Source: a virus
IMG/VR virus record: IMGVR_UViG_3300040801_002121
DNA: 64,000 bases
Direction: 5' to 3' (one strand)
Part shown: positions 19,993 through 29,821 of the stretch, piece after piece
Position numbering within the stretch: position 1 is the first letter of the stretch
Layout: each line of letters starts with the position of its first letter
Program-made: the position numbers and the translations under genes
Notes under the pieces: model-generated
Seen by the model: only the letters and a program-made list of their open reading frames with translations
Database searches by the model: none
What the model was told of the DNA's origin: nothing

Positions 19993-20582
19993 CAGTCTTC
20001 ATCCTCAATCATATACGGAGGGTCCATCTCGCGATCATCAAACATGTTGCGTTTGTTGTTGGCGATGAAGCGAGCAAGCTCCTCGAAAAAGTCGGTTAGC
20101 GGGATGAAGTTGTAAATATCAAACGTGTCGGACGTGATGCTCTTCTCAGCAAGCCACCGATCCGACGGAGTGCAAGAACCGTCGAGACCCAGTTCGAGCA
20201 CAGGTGCTTCCATGGCATCTTCGGGCACCTCGATTGATGCAAGCAGGTGGACCACTTCGCCGTCGTCGTCCATCTCTTCTTGGTCGGCCATGTCAGCCAG
20301 TTCGTTGAAGATGGTGATCACTGATACACCACCGACATAGGCGCTGGTGTAATCTTCAATGTATGACAGGTCACCGGCGAACGCGATGTCCCAGTCTCCA
20401 TTGTCACAGAAATAGAGAAACGGTGATCCCGGCCGCGTCTCGGATGGAACTGTTTTTGAAAAGAATAGGGTGCTCATGTTATTCCAAGCTTCATGTCTTC
20501 TGATTGCTGAGAAAGGCGACACATTTGCCACGAGTGAAACGGGCCGACGATTACTCCGTCCTTTTTGGAACGGAACCACCAT
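19992..20582 (-). CDS. hypothetical acidic protein (start uncertain; ATG 20477 alternative)
   Basis: Stop is coupled to the exonuclease start. Confidence 0.5.
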   Translation of the reverse strand: MVVPFQKGRSNRRPVSLVANVSPFSAIRRHEAWNNMSTLFFSKTVPSETRPGSPFLYFCDNGDWDIAFAGDLSYIEDYTSAYVGGVSVITIFNELADMADQEEMDDDGEVVHLLASIEVPEDAMEAPVLELGLDGSCTPSDRWLAEKSITSDTFDIYNFIPLTDFFEELARFIANNKRNMFDDREMDPPYMIEDED

Positions 20583-20669
20583 GTTCCCCGTTTCGGGCCG
20601 TTGAAACCGTCACAAATTTGGAACGGAATATCATAGCCAAAATGACATGGCGGATTGAGTTTGATGATT

Positions 20670-21368
20670 TCAGCCATCGAGACGTTCGACGTTATCAGCA
20701 AACTCCTTGGGGAGCTTACCTGCGGCTTTTAGGTCGTGGAACTCCTGATCGAACGCGCCTTCTTCAATCAGTGTGTGGAAGAGACGACGTGTAGCGCGGA
20801 TGTCAACGATAGCGGAGTGAGCACCGACAAGTTCCTCGTCGTAGAAGAACTTCATCGCTTCTTCGAGCTTTGGCCATTTGAAAGTGGTCTTACGGCCCTT
20901 TTGAGGAAGCTCGCAGATCGGCGTCGCCGCTTTCATGGTGCAAAGACGCGGCAAGCCAAGAAGGATTTCTCGCGGACCTGACTCCGGACGTAAGCGAGTG
21001 TATTCGAAACCGATAATCTTGGTATCAAAAGCCACGTTGTGGCAGACGATTGCATCAGCTTGTTCGGTCGCGATCATGAACATCTCAAGCGCATCCGCGA
21101 TTGGGATGCCACCCTCTTCACACATCTCCTGTGTGATACCTGTCAACTCAGTGGACTTCTTCGAGATGCCGGTGCCTGAGCAAGGATGGATGCGCCAGTT
21201 GTCCGGCTTGATCAACGCATCGAGTTGGATCACATCAACGCCGTCGATTTCGAGTAACATACCAAGCTGGGTGATGTGAGGCTGTTGCTCGGAATTGGGC
21301 GGATACTTGTTCGAAGGCAGGCCCGTCGTTTCTGTGTCGAAGTAAAGGACGCGCATCAGATGTCGCAC
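20670..21368 (-). CDS. DnaQ-like DEDDh 3'-5' exonuclease
   Basis: Exo I FDTETTGL, Exo II CHNVAFD, Exo III HSAIVD. Confidence 0.85.
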   Translation of the reverse strand: MRHLMRVLYFDTETTGLPSNKYPPNSEQQPHITQLGMLLEIDGVDVIQLDALIKPDNWRIHPCSGTGISKKSTELTGITQEMCEEGGIPIADALEMFMIATEQADAIVCHNVAFDTKIIGFEYTRLRPESGPREILLGLPRLCTMKAATPICELPQKGRKTTFKWPKLEEAMKFFYDEELVGAHSAIVDIRATRRLFHTLIEEGAFDQEFHDLKAAGKLPKEFADNVERLDG

Positions 21369-21709
21369 TCCTTAGTGACGTTCTCCATCTCTTCGACGAG
21401 ATCGTCCGGGGCCATTCCATGTTCTTTGGCGTAGAGAACGCCGTTCTGGATGAAGTAGTCGAGACGGTTGTCTGCCGCCGCGTGGCGTAGAGCTTCGTGG
21501 GTCGCGTTCCGCACGATCTCGAACATCAAGACGCGAAAGCAGACGATAGCCCCCGGCGTGAGCACAACAGCCCAAGGCAAGGCGGCACCAAGCAACTTGA
21601 TGAAAAGAAGCAGCGCTGTAACGCAACCGGCCAAAGCGTAGAAACGCACAGAGCCAGCGCGGCTGTTCTCCGCATAGGGATACGGAAGGGGGATGTTTTG
21701 CTTTTCCAT
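21356..21709 (-). CDS. membrane protein
   Basis: Two predicted TM helices (FYALAGCVTALLLFIKLLGAALPWAVVLTPGAIVCF). Confidence 0.55.
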   Translation of the reverse strand: MEKQNIPLPYPYAENSRAGSVRFYALAGCVTALLLFIKLLGAALPWAVVLTPGAIVCFRVLMFEIVRNATHEALRHAAADNRLDYFIQNGVLYAKEHGMAPDDLVEEMENVTKECDI

Positions 21710-21748
21710 GAGGATACTTTCGTGTCGGCGTTGCCGAGTGATGGCTAT

Positions 21749-21790
21749 GTATTAACCAATGTTGTTTACAATGTCAAGCAAAAATTGCCC
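21749..21790 (-). promoter_or_regulatory. promoter with GGGCAATTTTTGC upstream element
   Basis: Minus strand reads GGGCAATTTTTGC-TTGACA (21777-21772), 17-nt spacer, TAATAC (21754-21749). Confidence 0.6.
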
Positions 21791-21883
21791 TTAACCGCGT
21801 GTTTTTCGGTGACGATAAACAATCACACCGAACGTGATGATCAAGACGAACGCAAGGCCCATCAGAACTTCATGAAAAGTCAT
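21791..21883 (-). CDS. 30-aa single-TM peptide (MTFHEVLMGLAFVLIITFGVIVYRHRKTRG)
   Basis: Strong RBS AGGAGAGG; ATGA overlap with the upstream stop. Below the ORF-track cutoff. Confidence 0.6.
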   Translation of the reverse strand: MTFHEVLMGLAFVLIITFGVIVYRHRKTRG

Positions 21884-22107
21884 GTTTCCTCTCCTGTATA
21901 ACCGTTGAACTTACCAAATGCTTCCAACGCTTTGAGAAACGCTGGGAAATCATCTGGAGTGATTGTAACTATGCTCTTGATTTCCGGTCGGTCGGGCTCG
22001 TCGTAGCTAAGCTCGATCATACCGTCGCCATCTGTGCGTAGGCCATACGAATAGTCGCCGCCGTGGACGCCAAAGATCGTAAGTTGGTGTTGAATCAATA
22101 GGTCCAT
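21880..22107 (-). CDS. hypothetical protein
   Basis: Start moved to MDLLIQ (ATG 22107), which overlaps the upstream stop (TAATG). Confidence 0.55.
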   Translation of the reverse strand: MDLLIQHQLTIFGVHGGDYSYGLRTDGDGMIELSYDEPDRPEIKSIVTITPDDFPAFLKALEAFGKFNGYTGEET

Positions 22108-22694
22108 TACGCGGCTTCCTTGCGTGAGTAGTCTTTCCAAACCGCCAGATCATAATCAGCGACAGTCTCTCCGGCTTTATCAGCCAGAGCGATAAAGGCT
22201 TCTTCCAGTTCGCGGTAACGCTTACCCGCTGGAGGCGTCGCTTTCGGCGCGTCGATGCCGTTTGCCCGTAGGTGCTTGAGCACGTGCGTGTCGAGTGCGG
22301 CGTAGCGGGCTCCGGGGCGGCTCATCATGATGAACATGCGCGCCGTCTTGGGCCCGACACCGTGGATCGCTTCCAGTTCTTCAACGCTTGCGTTTCGCAG
22401 GTCAACGTCAAGGCTCTGCCAGAAGGTCTTGATCAGGCGATTGTATTGACCGATACGAGACTCAATGAGTGCATCTCGAAGCTGATTGTAGCTCATCTTG
22501 CGGAACTTCTCGAACGGGGTTTCACCTTCCAGCTTGTTCAACATGGAGTCCAGCAGCTTGGCCTGAGTGCGTGCGGTCTTGCCTGCGACGACACAGGAAA
22601 ACAACCACCATAGTTCGAGTTCGGCGTCAGTGCGGGTGTAGTTGATCACGTCTTCGGGGTCGATCAGGTAGTTCATCAGTGAGTCTCGTGCCAT
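22107..22694 (-). CDS. HhH-GPD family DNA glycosylase/endonuclease III-like protein
   Basis: Helix-hairpin-helix LEAIHGVGPKTARMF. Confidence 0.5.
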   Translation of the reverse strand: MARDSLMNYLIDPEDVINYTRTDAELELWWLFSCVVAGKTARTQAKLLDSMLNKLEGETPFEKFRKMSYNQLRDALIESRIGQYNRLIKTFWQSLDVDLRNASVEELEAIHGVGPKTARMFIMMSRPGARYAALDTHVLKHLRANGIDAPKATPPAGKRYRELEEAFIALADKAGETVADYDLAVWKDYSRKEAA

Positions 22695-25003
22695 GCATAG
22701 CCGTTGTCGGCGTGCGCTTCTACAGGGAGGGCAAATTCCAGATACTTACCGGCTTCGGCGGCCGCCTTGATACAGATACGCTCAACAGTCTCTTCAAGAC
22801 CTTCGCGGCAAGCGATTTGAACCTCGTCGTGGACCCAAGCGCAGAACACGAAGTCGCCATCCCAGCCGTAAGTCAGGCCTTCGTCATAGAGCATGTCTTC
22901 GATGAAGATCAGCCACCAGTTTGCGATCGTGGCACCCATGCCTTGGAGATCGGTGTTGAGCGCGGCGTGCTTGGAGCGAACGAACAGGCGGCGACCGTCA
23001 AGCCCTTGGAGAAACTTACGTGACGCTTGGCGCTGAACATCCCGGATAACCCGGTTAAGGGCGGGGAGGCTTTTCAGGAAGCGAGACTTGAGTTCCTTAC
23101 CGATCTTGGCTTGCTGGACTGGCGAAGATAGTGGCGAAACAATCTTACCAATCTTTTCGTCACCAGCGCCATAGAGGAACGCGTAGATGAAGGTCTTGGC
23201 CATGTCACGAGTCTCAAGACCCGCACGTTGTTGGTTTTCCGAGTGGATGTCACCTTCAAGCAGGATTCGCCCATACTCACCACCGTCGTATTTGGCCATC
23301 TCGTGGGCAAGACAACGAAGCTCAATACCGGCCAAGTCGGAACCAACGAGCTTCCAACCCTCCCATACTGTGAAGAGTGAGCGGCATTCGTAACCCCAAC
23401 CACCTTTGAGCCCGAGAATGATGACCATGAACTCACGCTCGTCACCAGCTTCGGCCTTGCCCTTCTCCACTTCCCAATCATCGGCGCTGTAATGACGCGG
23501 CATCTTGTGCCACTCATCACAACGCTGTCCACGGTGCAAGACAAGCACAGGACCATTCTTGAAATTAGCGTTCGGGCGAATGATGCCTTTTGGAGCGGCA
23601 ACCTGCGTAAGCTGTGAGAAAGTCGCTTTCTTTTTTCTAACAGCCGGAACCTGTGCGAGGTTCGGGAAGGCGTGCGTCGCACGGGTGGTCACCGCGCCAC
23701 AAGGATTGACGTAGCCGTGGATGCAGCCGGTCTCTTTGTCGTAGACCTTGAGCCACGCTTGATTGCCATCCTGTAGCTGACCCATGAGCTTGCGAATAGC
23801 AAGCAGGTCAGCCAGTTTCTCAGCAACCGGGAAATCTTGCACGATCCGACGCAGAATCACGTCGTTGGCTTTGACGTTGCCTTTTTCGGTGTAGTCTTCG
23901 TCCTCAGGCTCCCAACCCATCTCTTGCAGACGGTCGGTGATTTGAGGACGTGATGTGGCCTTGAACTCCTGCCATTTTACCGGTGTAAACCACGCGCCTT
24001 TGCAATAGCGGGGACGCATTGGGTCCTTCCACTTCGGGCTGTCCTTCTTGGTGTTCTTCTGTTCGGGATAACCATACCAGCGTCGGTCGGGCACCGCTTC
24101 GTCGATGATATTCTGGCGTTCTTCAATCGCTTCGCGTGCCGGTAGGCTTGAGTCCAGTTCCACCCCGTCGAGCAAGTAGAAGTCGGGGAACTGCCCGCCG
24201 TTGACATCCCGACCGATGGGTGGAGTCTCCATGCGCTTCTTGGGAATGAAACGGCCCGGAAATTCGATCGCCAGTTCAGCTTCGAGACGTTCCTGTTCAA
24301 CGGAGAGTTCGCCAGCCAGTATCTTGGCGCGGGGTGCATCAAACGGGAAGCCATTCTCTTGCTGGCGCGACATGAGATCAGCGAGACGATGCTGGACGTA
24401 GTTTGCGTCGTTGGATTGTTCACGACTATCGATCATCTTGACCAACAGCGTAGTAACGTCCACGTCGTTTACGCAGTAATCCTCAAGCTCCTGTGTCCAC
24501 GTGCCCCACACGAAGTGACGCATCTCCTCGGAGTCTTTCTCAATACCTTTGGCGACACCTTGAGCGGTGCGGATTGCCTTGTAGTCGCCTTTGTAAAGAC
24601 CAAGACGCTGACCCCACGAGTCAAGCGTGTGCTTCCCGATGTTGATGCCATCGAGCTTACCAGCTTCATACAGGCGAAAGTCTTTGTCCTTTTGGTCCGG
24701 GAAGAGCAAGCGAGCGAGAACGAGTGTGTCGCGAATGCGGGCAGTAGGTGCCCAGCCAAACAGGATTTCCAGCATCGGAATATCGTAACCGACGATATTG
24801 TGACCCCAGATTTCCTCAGCGTCGTCGAGAAGCTTGAACAGCCCCTCAATAGTGTCTTCTTTCTTGTTGCGGCGGAAAACCCAACGCTGTCCTGTATCGA
24901 AATCACGCACCGACACACAGTGACAGACGGTCACTTGATGAAGCAGACCATCCGTCTCTGCGTCGAAGATCAGACGCCGGTGTGATTTAGGTTTGAGCTT
25001 CAC
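22676..25003 (-). CDS. family A DNA polymerase with 3'-5' exonuclease domain (T7-type)
   Basis: Exo I FDAETDGL, motif B RDMAKTFIYAFLYGAG, motif C VHDEVQ. GTG start. Confidence 0.92.
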   Translation of the reverse strand: MKLKPKSHRRLIFDAETDGLLHQVTVCHCVSVRDFDTGQRWVFRRNKKEDTIEGLFKLLDDAEEIWGHNIVGYDIPMLEILFGWAPTARIRDTLVLARLLFPDQKDKDFRLYEAGKLDGINIGKHTLDSWGQRLGLYKGDYKAIRTAQGVAKGIEKDSEEMRHFVWGTWTQELEDYCVNDVDVTTLLVKMIDSREQSNDANYVQHRLADLMSRQQENGFPFDAPRAKILAGELSVEQERLEAELAIEFPGRFIPKKRMETPPIGRDVNGGQFPDFYLLDGVELDSSLPAREAIEERQNIIDEAVPDRRWYGYPEQKNTKKDSPKWKDPMRPRYCKGAWFTPVKWQEFKATSRPQITDRLQEMGWEPEDEDYTEKGNVKANDVILRRIVQDFPVAEKLADLLAIRKLMGQLQDGNQAWLKVYDKETGCIHGYVNPCGAVTTRATHAFPNLAQVPAVRKKKATFSQLTQVAAPKGIIRPNANFKNGPVLVLHRGQRCDEWHKMPRHYSADDWEVEKGKAEAGDEREFMVIILGLKGGWGYECRSLFTVWEGWKLVGSDLAGIELRCLAHEMAKYDGGEYGRILLEGDIHSENQQRAGLETRDMAKTFIYAFLYGAGDEKIGKIVSPLSSPVQQAKIGKELKSRFLKSLPALNRVIRDVQRQASRKFLQGLDGRRLFVRSKHAALNTDLQGMGATIANWWLIFIEDMLYDEGLTYGWDGDFVFCAWVHDEVQIACREGLEETVERICIKAAAEAGKYLEFALPVEAHADNGYAWHETH

Positions 25004-25029
25004 AGGATTCTCTTTGTCGGGGAGCCGAA

Positions 25030-25058
25030 CGTATAGTTAAAATTGCGGTAGGTGTCAA
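25030..25058 (-). promoter_or_regulatory. promoter of the DNA polymerase gene (spacer carries ACCGCAATTTT)
   Basis: Minus strand reads TTGACA (25058-25053), 17-nt spacer ccTACCGCAATTTTaac, TATACG (25035-25030). Confidence 0.65.
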
Positions 25059-25060
25059 GC

Positions 25061-25348
25061 TTAATCTGCTTCCCAGTGAAGCAGAACAGTGCCATTCCAG
25101 TTGCCGTCCTCGATCTCGAAATAGAAGCTGCGTTGGTTAAAAAACACATTGCCACTCGCCCGGATCACAGGGTCTTGTGGACCTCCAGCGTTCTCGCTGT
25201 TGATGATCGTAACGATCGGGTTTGGTGCTCCCCACGCAGCCTCGACTATGGCGGTCAGGATCGTGTCTTGATCGGATACTGACACGTCAAGATCGAAGGC
25301 TTCCTCGGCCTCAGACATAAAGGTCCTCGTCGTCGTCATCGTCGTCAT
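25061..25348 (-). CDS. hypothetical protein (start may be MSEAEEAF at 25318)
   Basis: 95-aa track ORF. Confidence 0.5.
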   Translation of the reverse strand: MTTMTTTRTFMSEAEEAFDLDVSVSDQDTILTAIVEAAWGAPNPIVTIINSENAGGPQDPVIRASGNVFFNQRSFYFEIEDGNWNGTVLLHWEAD

Positions 25349-25449
25349 CGCCTGTCAGCATCCCGACTGCGAGTGTGAACATGAGCATCATGAGTTCGCC
25401 CATAAGGACGCCAACAGTGATGACCCAGATAAGGCCGTAAGGAGTCAGT

Positions 25450-25995
25450 TCAGAGATCAAGGTTGAGTTGTCCTTTATCAATGGGGCGGTGAGTTTTCAC
25501 CGTGTGGGGCGGTTCGTCGAATTGGAGATAACCAAGCTCTTGGCACATCGCTTGCGCTCCTTGACGTAGAAAGCGATGGTAACCGTAATCATGGCAGACC
25601 ACCTGATCGTTCAGCATTCCGAAGTTGTGGTAGTGGGTATCGGCCAACATTTCGGGCAAACGACCGCCACGCGAACGGCGTAAAGCGTCCTTAAAGTCTT
25701 GTTCGCTATCAAATGGTTGTGTCCGCCGTTGTATCAGTGCTGAGCCCCAACTATCGATCGACACGCAAGGGGCAAACCAATCATTGATTGGCCAATCCTT
25801 CACCTCTTGCCAAACCAACCACTCTACTTGGTTATGGAAGGTGCGGCCGCTGTATTCCAGTTTAATAACCAAGGTGTCATCACGCACCAACGAATAAACT
25901 CGTCGTGAATTTCCTACACCAATAGGCTCAGGATCAATAAGAGTTTCCAGAGCGCAGTTTTTTATCTGTGTGATTTCGTCGAATAGCGAAGTCAT
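25450..25995 (-). CDS. hypothetical protein with weak protein-kinase-like motifs
   Basis: GVGNSRRVY..VIKLE (Gly-loop and Lys-like), ADTHYHNFGML and VCHDYG (HxDxxxxN / DFG-like). Resemblance only. Confidence 0.3.
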   Translation of the reverse strand: MTSLFDEITQIKNCALETLIDPEPIGVGNSRRVYSLVRDDTLVIKLEYSGRTFHNQVEWLVWQEVKDWPINDWFAPCVSIDSWGSALIQRRTQPFDSEQDFKDALRRSRGGRLPEMLADTHYHNFGMLNDQVVCHDYGYHRFLRQGAQAMCQELGYLQFDEPPHTVKTHRPIDKGQLNLDL

Positions 25996-26126
25996 TTGCG
26001 AGGAGGCCTCCCGCCCAACTTACCAAACATGGTCTCAATAAGAGAGCCCAAGAGAAAGAGAGGAATGATCATCGAGGCAATAAGGATGACTCCTGCAACG
26101 ATGATCTGGACATCACTCCAATACAT
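25992..26126 (-). CDS. 44-aa single-TM peptide
   Basis: MYWSDVQIIVAGVILIASMIIPLFLLGSLIETMF.. ; ATG overlaps the upstream stop (TGATG). Confidence 0.5.
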   Translation of the reverse strand: MYWSDVQIIVAGVILIASMIIPLFLLGSLIETMFGKLGGRPPRK

Positions 26127-26461
26127 CACGCGGGCCTTGAGAAACGAATGACTGTGAAAGGCGTGTCCGGCTGTGCTTCCGGATAGCGGATGGACATATC
26201 GGCACGGGCGTTGTCGCCATCCAGATAACCGGCAAGCTGAGCATCGCGATCGGTGATACCAAGCCACGTAGTTCGCAGGACCAAATCGACGTTAACGATC
26301 ATCGGCAGAAACCGTGCGGTCGGTGAGACGAAGACTACGGTGCCCGGTGCTACGATGGCTGGGCGTTCGCCTATCCGGATGGTAGCGGTTACACGACCGG
26401 CAAGTGCGTCTTGGAAGAAGCCTTCATTCATTTCAAGCGACGGATAACTGAAAGCGGTCAT
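26126..26461 (-). CDS. ASCH-domain-like protein
   Basis: ALAGRVTATIRIGERP resembles the ASCH 'G.KT.E.R' core. ATGA coupling at 26461. Confidence 0.4.
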   Translation of the reverse strand: MTAFSYPSLEMNEGFFQDALAGRVTATIRIGERPAIVAPGTVVFVSPTARFLPMIVNVDLVLRTTWLGITDRDAQLAGYLDGDNARADMSIRYPEAQPDTPFTVIRFSRPA

Positions 26462-26646
26462 TCGGTCAGGTCCTCTGTCCCACCGGGGCGGGGCGGTTCT
26501 TCGTTCCGACGCATGACACACTCACCAACACGTTTACTGATCTGGTTCCAAGCGATCTCGGTCGGGTTATAGGCCTGATCTAGGAGGCCTTCATCGATGA
26601 GGATTTGGGCACAAAGCCCGTTGTCCATTTCAATCGTGACCTTCAT
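26458..26646 (-). CDS. hypothetical protein
   Basis: 62-aa ORF, coupled on both sides. Confidence 0.5.
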   Translation of the reverse strand: MKVTIEMDNGLCAQILIDEGLLDQAYNPTEIAWNQISKRVGECVMRRNEEPPRPGGTEDLTE

Positions 26647-28301
26647 GCGTAATACCGTCCATTGTGGAATGTGATGATGGTGCGCTTACCGTTCGGGTAA
26701 GTGATGATGTGCGATTGTGACCACGAAGACGGTCCCTTGTTGTAACCAAGGTCGAGCGTGGCGCTGACACCACCAACATACGCTCCGTCGCGGATCGCAG
26801 GTGAGTGGGTGTGGCCAGTGTTGGACTTCATACCGGCCCGGCTGATCGATAGCGGCGAACCACGTGCGCCATTTGGACCAAGGTGGCCGTGCATCCCGCA
26901 CTCGATGTCATCACAGATAACGAAGGACTCATCTTCATTGACGAAGACAACATCGTCCGGGCAGCCCATCTCACGTAGGACATACTGGAAGACATCTGGC
27001 TCTTCGAGCCCCTTCTGGAGCATCTGGTAAATCCAGAGTTGGCAGAACAGGAAGAAGATCGCGTTCTCAGGGTCTTCACGATAGTCTGCCTGCTTGAGCC
27101 ACTTGAGCAGTGCTTGGTCGTGGTTGGACTCGATCACGATGGACATAATGTCGTCGCGGTGGATGACTTTCAGGAAGTCCGCGCAGCCTTGAAGCGCACC
27201 GGCCACGTTGTTGTCCTGTCCGCCTCGAACGTGAGCGGCGAAGCGGAAGTGGTGGTCCTTGATATTGTGGTGATTCCGGGGTGAGAAGTCCGAGAGATCG
27301 TGATAGAACTCATAGAGCGGGTGCAGAAAATCACGTAATGGAAGCTCGCCGTGCAGGCTGGTGTAGTCTTCATCCACCGTGCGAGATTCTGGATCGTAAG
27401 CCCACGTCGCCATGGCCAGATCAGGATCGAGCTTTTCGTGATGAATGTCGCCGTAGCTGATTGCTTCGATCCGGTTACCTTCGGTCACGCCAGTGTTGGT
27501 CACATGCCGATCAAGATCGTAGAACGAGCCGTCTTCAAGGTCAGTGGCCAGAAGATGGCGGCAGTAGGTCGAGCCGTCCGGACGCATCTCCACAAGGACC
27601 GCACCAATTTGATGGTGGAACATCGCTTTGATGCCCGCCTTCTTGCGGATATAATTTGGCAGTGTCACCGCACCAGTCGTCATAAGCTGCTTGGCGCGCT
27701 CGTGCTTCATGGTGGCGATGGATTCTAACTGGACCTTCGGGTGAGGGAAGATACCCCAGCGGCTTCTCGTGTAGGTCGAAAAACCGGACAGAGGCGTCAC
27801 GGCGGTCGGCAGGGTGTTCATCTCACCACAGAACTCAACCTCGTCACCACAGCGGATACGTTCATGTTGGACAAACGGATCGATCTCCGGATGGAAGTAG
27901 ACACCATCAGCGCGTTTGTCGTGTTCTTCGAACAGCTTTTTGGAGTAAGTGAAGCCCGAAACGATGATCTCACAGTTCTCAAGCCACTCGGCGTAGACGT
28001 GCAGGCAGTGCCAGAAATCAGCGTGGATTTCCGAGCCATCTTGGGCGGCCGTGAAGATGAAGTAACGGTTGTGTGTCGAGATAGGATCAAAAATGACCGG
28101 CTTGGGAGCCCGATAGGACTTGAACTCCGGGTCATCCGATTCCTCCTCGGCCATCGTATCATCGATGTCTTTCTTGAGGCGATAACGGATCGTGGATTCC
28201 GGCATATCCAGTTCACGACCGGCCGGGCGGATTCCGCCGTAGATCGCAATGGCTTCGCGGATTTCCTCAATCGAGATTTCTTCGGGCGTCTCGGTGCTCA
28301 T
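26643..28301 (-). CDS. HTH-domain + calcineurin-like metallophosphoesterase protein
   Basis: N-terminal HTH (GGIRPAGRELDMPESTIRYRLKK). MPP motifs YGDIHHE, ESNHDQ, GMHGH, GHTHSP. Confidence 0.55.
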   Translation of the reverse strand: MSTETPEEISIEEIREAIAIYGGIRPAGRELDMPESTIRYRLKKDIDDTMAEEESDDPEFKSYRAPKPVIFDPISTHNRYFIFTAAQDGSEIHADFWHCLHVYAEWLENCEIIVSGFTYSKKLFEEHDKRADGVYFHPEIDPFVQHERIRCGDEVEFCGEMNTLPTAVTPLSGFSTYTRSRWGIFPHPKVQLESIATMKHERAKQLMTTGAVTLPNYIRKKAGIKAMFHHQIGAVLVEMRPDGSTYCRHLLATDLEDGSFYDLDRHVTNTGVTEGNRIEAISYGDIHHEKLDPDLAMATWAYDPESRTVDEDYTSLHGELPLRDFLHPLYEFYHDLSDFSPRNHHNIKDHHFRFAAHVRGGQDNNVAGALQGCADFLKVIHRDDIMSIVIESNHDQALLKWLKQADYREDPENAIFFLFCQLWIYQMLQKGLEEPDVFQYVLREMGCPDDVVFVNEDESFVICDDIECGMHGHLGPNGARGSPLSISRAGMKSNTGHTHSPAIRDGAYVGGVSATLDLGYNKGPSSWSQSHIITYPNGKRTIITFHNGRYYA

Positions 28302-29041
28302 TCAAAGTCCTCGGAATTGTCCATCTTGGCGAGTGATGGGTGGGAGTAAGCAATTCGACCACTGTCGTCAGCGAGGCTCCAGTCCCATACGAACCACGAA
28401 TAATTGTGGCGTGGTGAACCGGTGGAGCCTTCAACCCAACGAGGCCGTTTGGTCACGACGATCTTCTTATGGAAGGGCCGGGTCGCGAAAAGGTCCATAC
28501 GCCCTTTCGAGCAGTCAAACTCATTGCGAAGGAACATCGCCACCTGCCCCTTGGAGGGCTTGGTCAGTTCGATTGCGTGGCGGCAGAAAAGCTCGGCCAG
28601 ACTGACTGAGTTGCCAGTGATGCCGTATTTCTCAGCAAGCGGTTTGAGATGTGCCCAGTCCGGATCGTTAAGCTTAACCGTCTCGTAAGGAGGGTTCGAA
28701 ACGATCGAGTGAACCAGTGGGTCAGGCATCTTCGTCTGGGCGAAAAAGTCGCTCTGGGTAAAGCGCTTGTCATAGCCGTAGTTGATGATGTCGCTGGACC
28801 AAACAGTGTGACCCGTTTCGTGCAGACGGGTTGCGAGGTTCCCAATACCAACCGCTGGCTCCCACACGTTTTTACGGGGCGTTACGTGTTGGAGCAAGCA
28901 GTCGAGGTTTTCGGGAGGGGTGTTGTAATGATCAGCTTCGATCCGGTCATAACCGGAATCGCCAATCATGGCGGCGTCCTTGAGAGCGGCCTTACGGCCT
29001 TTGGTCATCTCAAGCGCCGCCTCTTCGGCGGAATTGCTCAT
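28298..29041 (-). CDS. N6-adenine (or N4-C) DNA methyltransferase
   Basis: SAM motif I VWEPAVGIGNL and motif IV IVSNPPYE. Confidence 0.75.
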   Translation of the reverse strand: MSNSAEEAALEMTKGRKAALKDAAMIGDSGYDRIEADHYNTPPENLDCLLQHVTPRKNVWEPAVGIGNLATRLHETGHTVWSSDIINYGYDKRFTQSDFFAQTKMPDPLVHSIVSNPPYETVKLNDPDWAHLKPLAEKYGITGNSVSLAELFCRHAIELTKPSKGQVAMFLRNEFDCSKGRMDLFATRPFHKKIVVTKRPRWVEGSTGSPRHNYSWFVWDWSLADDSGRIAYSHPSLAKMDNSEDFE

Positions 29042-29349
29042 GCGGCTTCGGCAGCCTCACCGAACGTGATCTGTTGCACGGTGCCGTCAGGCTGGTGAAC
29101 AGTCGTATGGAAATGTGGCGTGCCTTCCTTCACACACCAACGGAGGGCGAGGAAATTGCCCGGCATGTAGTGAACGATGCCGCAATCATCAACGACGCGG
29201 TGAGCCCCATGAACAGGGTTGACGTTCAGGAAGCACGGGTTTTCGATGGTGATCGTGGCGATCGTGCCGTCTGGCATGGCGTAGTCATATTCGCGCCAGA
29301 TGTCATCGAGCTTGGAGAAGTCAAGCGGGGTATTGTTGCGAAGTTCCAT
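29038..29349 (-). CDS. hypothetical protein
   Basis: Start moved to MELRNN (ATG 29349), just after the dCMP deaminase stop. Confidence 0.5.
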   Translation of the reverse strand: MELRNNTPLDFSKLDDIWREYDYAMPDGTIATITIENPCFLNVNPVHGAHRVVDDCGIVHYMPGNFLALRWCVKEGTPHFHTTVHQPDGTVQQITFGEAAEAA

Positions 29350-29350
29350 A

Positions 29351-29821
29351 TTAGCGGTCCAGAATCTTGAGTTCGATGCCAGCTTCTTCAAAGTAACCGG
29401 CAGCACGGGACAAAAGCCCTTCCCAGCGATCAGCAAGCTCGGGAGGGGTGGCGTAAGCCACAACGCGTTTGATGCCCGATTGGGCGATCACAACGGCGCA
29501 GCGGTCGCACGGCGCGAGGGTGACATACATGGTGCAGCCATCCACCGGACCGTGGGAGTTCACGATTGCGTTGATCTCAGCGTGAATGATCCGCGAGTAT
29601 TTCTCTTCGCGGTTGTCATAAAGAGCCGGATCATCTTTCATGTTGCGGGCGAAACCGTTGAAGCCAACGCTCTTGACGGTGAGGTCCGGCCGCACAATCA
29701 CCGCACCGGTTTTGGTCGATGGGTCCTTCGAAGCGGTTGAGACATACTCAGCCATACCGAGGTAGAAGCGATCCCACTTTTCTTGACGGGCGCGGAGTTC
29801 TTCGAGCGTAGGTTCGTTCAT
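29351..29821 (-). CDS. dCMP deaminase
   Basis: Zinc motifs HAEINAI and APCDRCA. Confidence 0.9.
   Translation of the reverse strand: MNEPTLEELRARQEKWDRFYLGMAEYVSTASKDPSTKTGAVIVRPDLTVKSVGFNGFARNMKDDPALYDNREEKYSRIIHAEINAIVNSHGPVDGCTMYVTLAPCDRCAVVIAQSGIKRVVAYATPPELADRWEGLLSRAAGYFEEAGIELKILDR

Noticed and set aside
25345-25460. Possible small TM protein with a poly-Asp tail (..GVLMGELMMLMFTLAVGMLTGDDDDDDDEDLYV) between 25348 and 25450 (-).
   Set aside because: No clear start codon or RBS (only TTG/CTG candidates). The acidic run is the alternative frame of the MTTMTTT N-terminus of the next ORF. Left unannotated.
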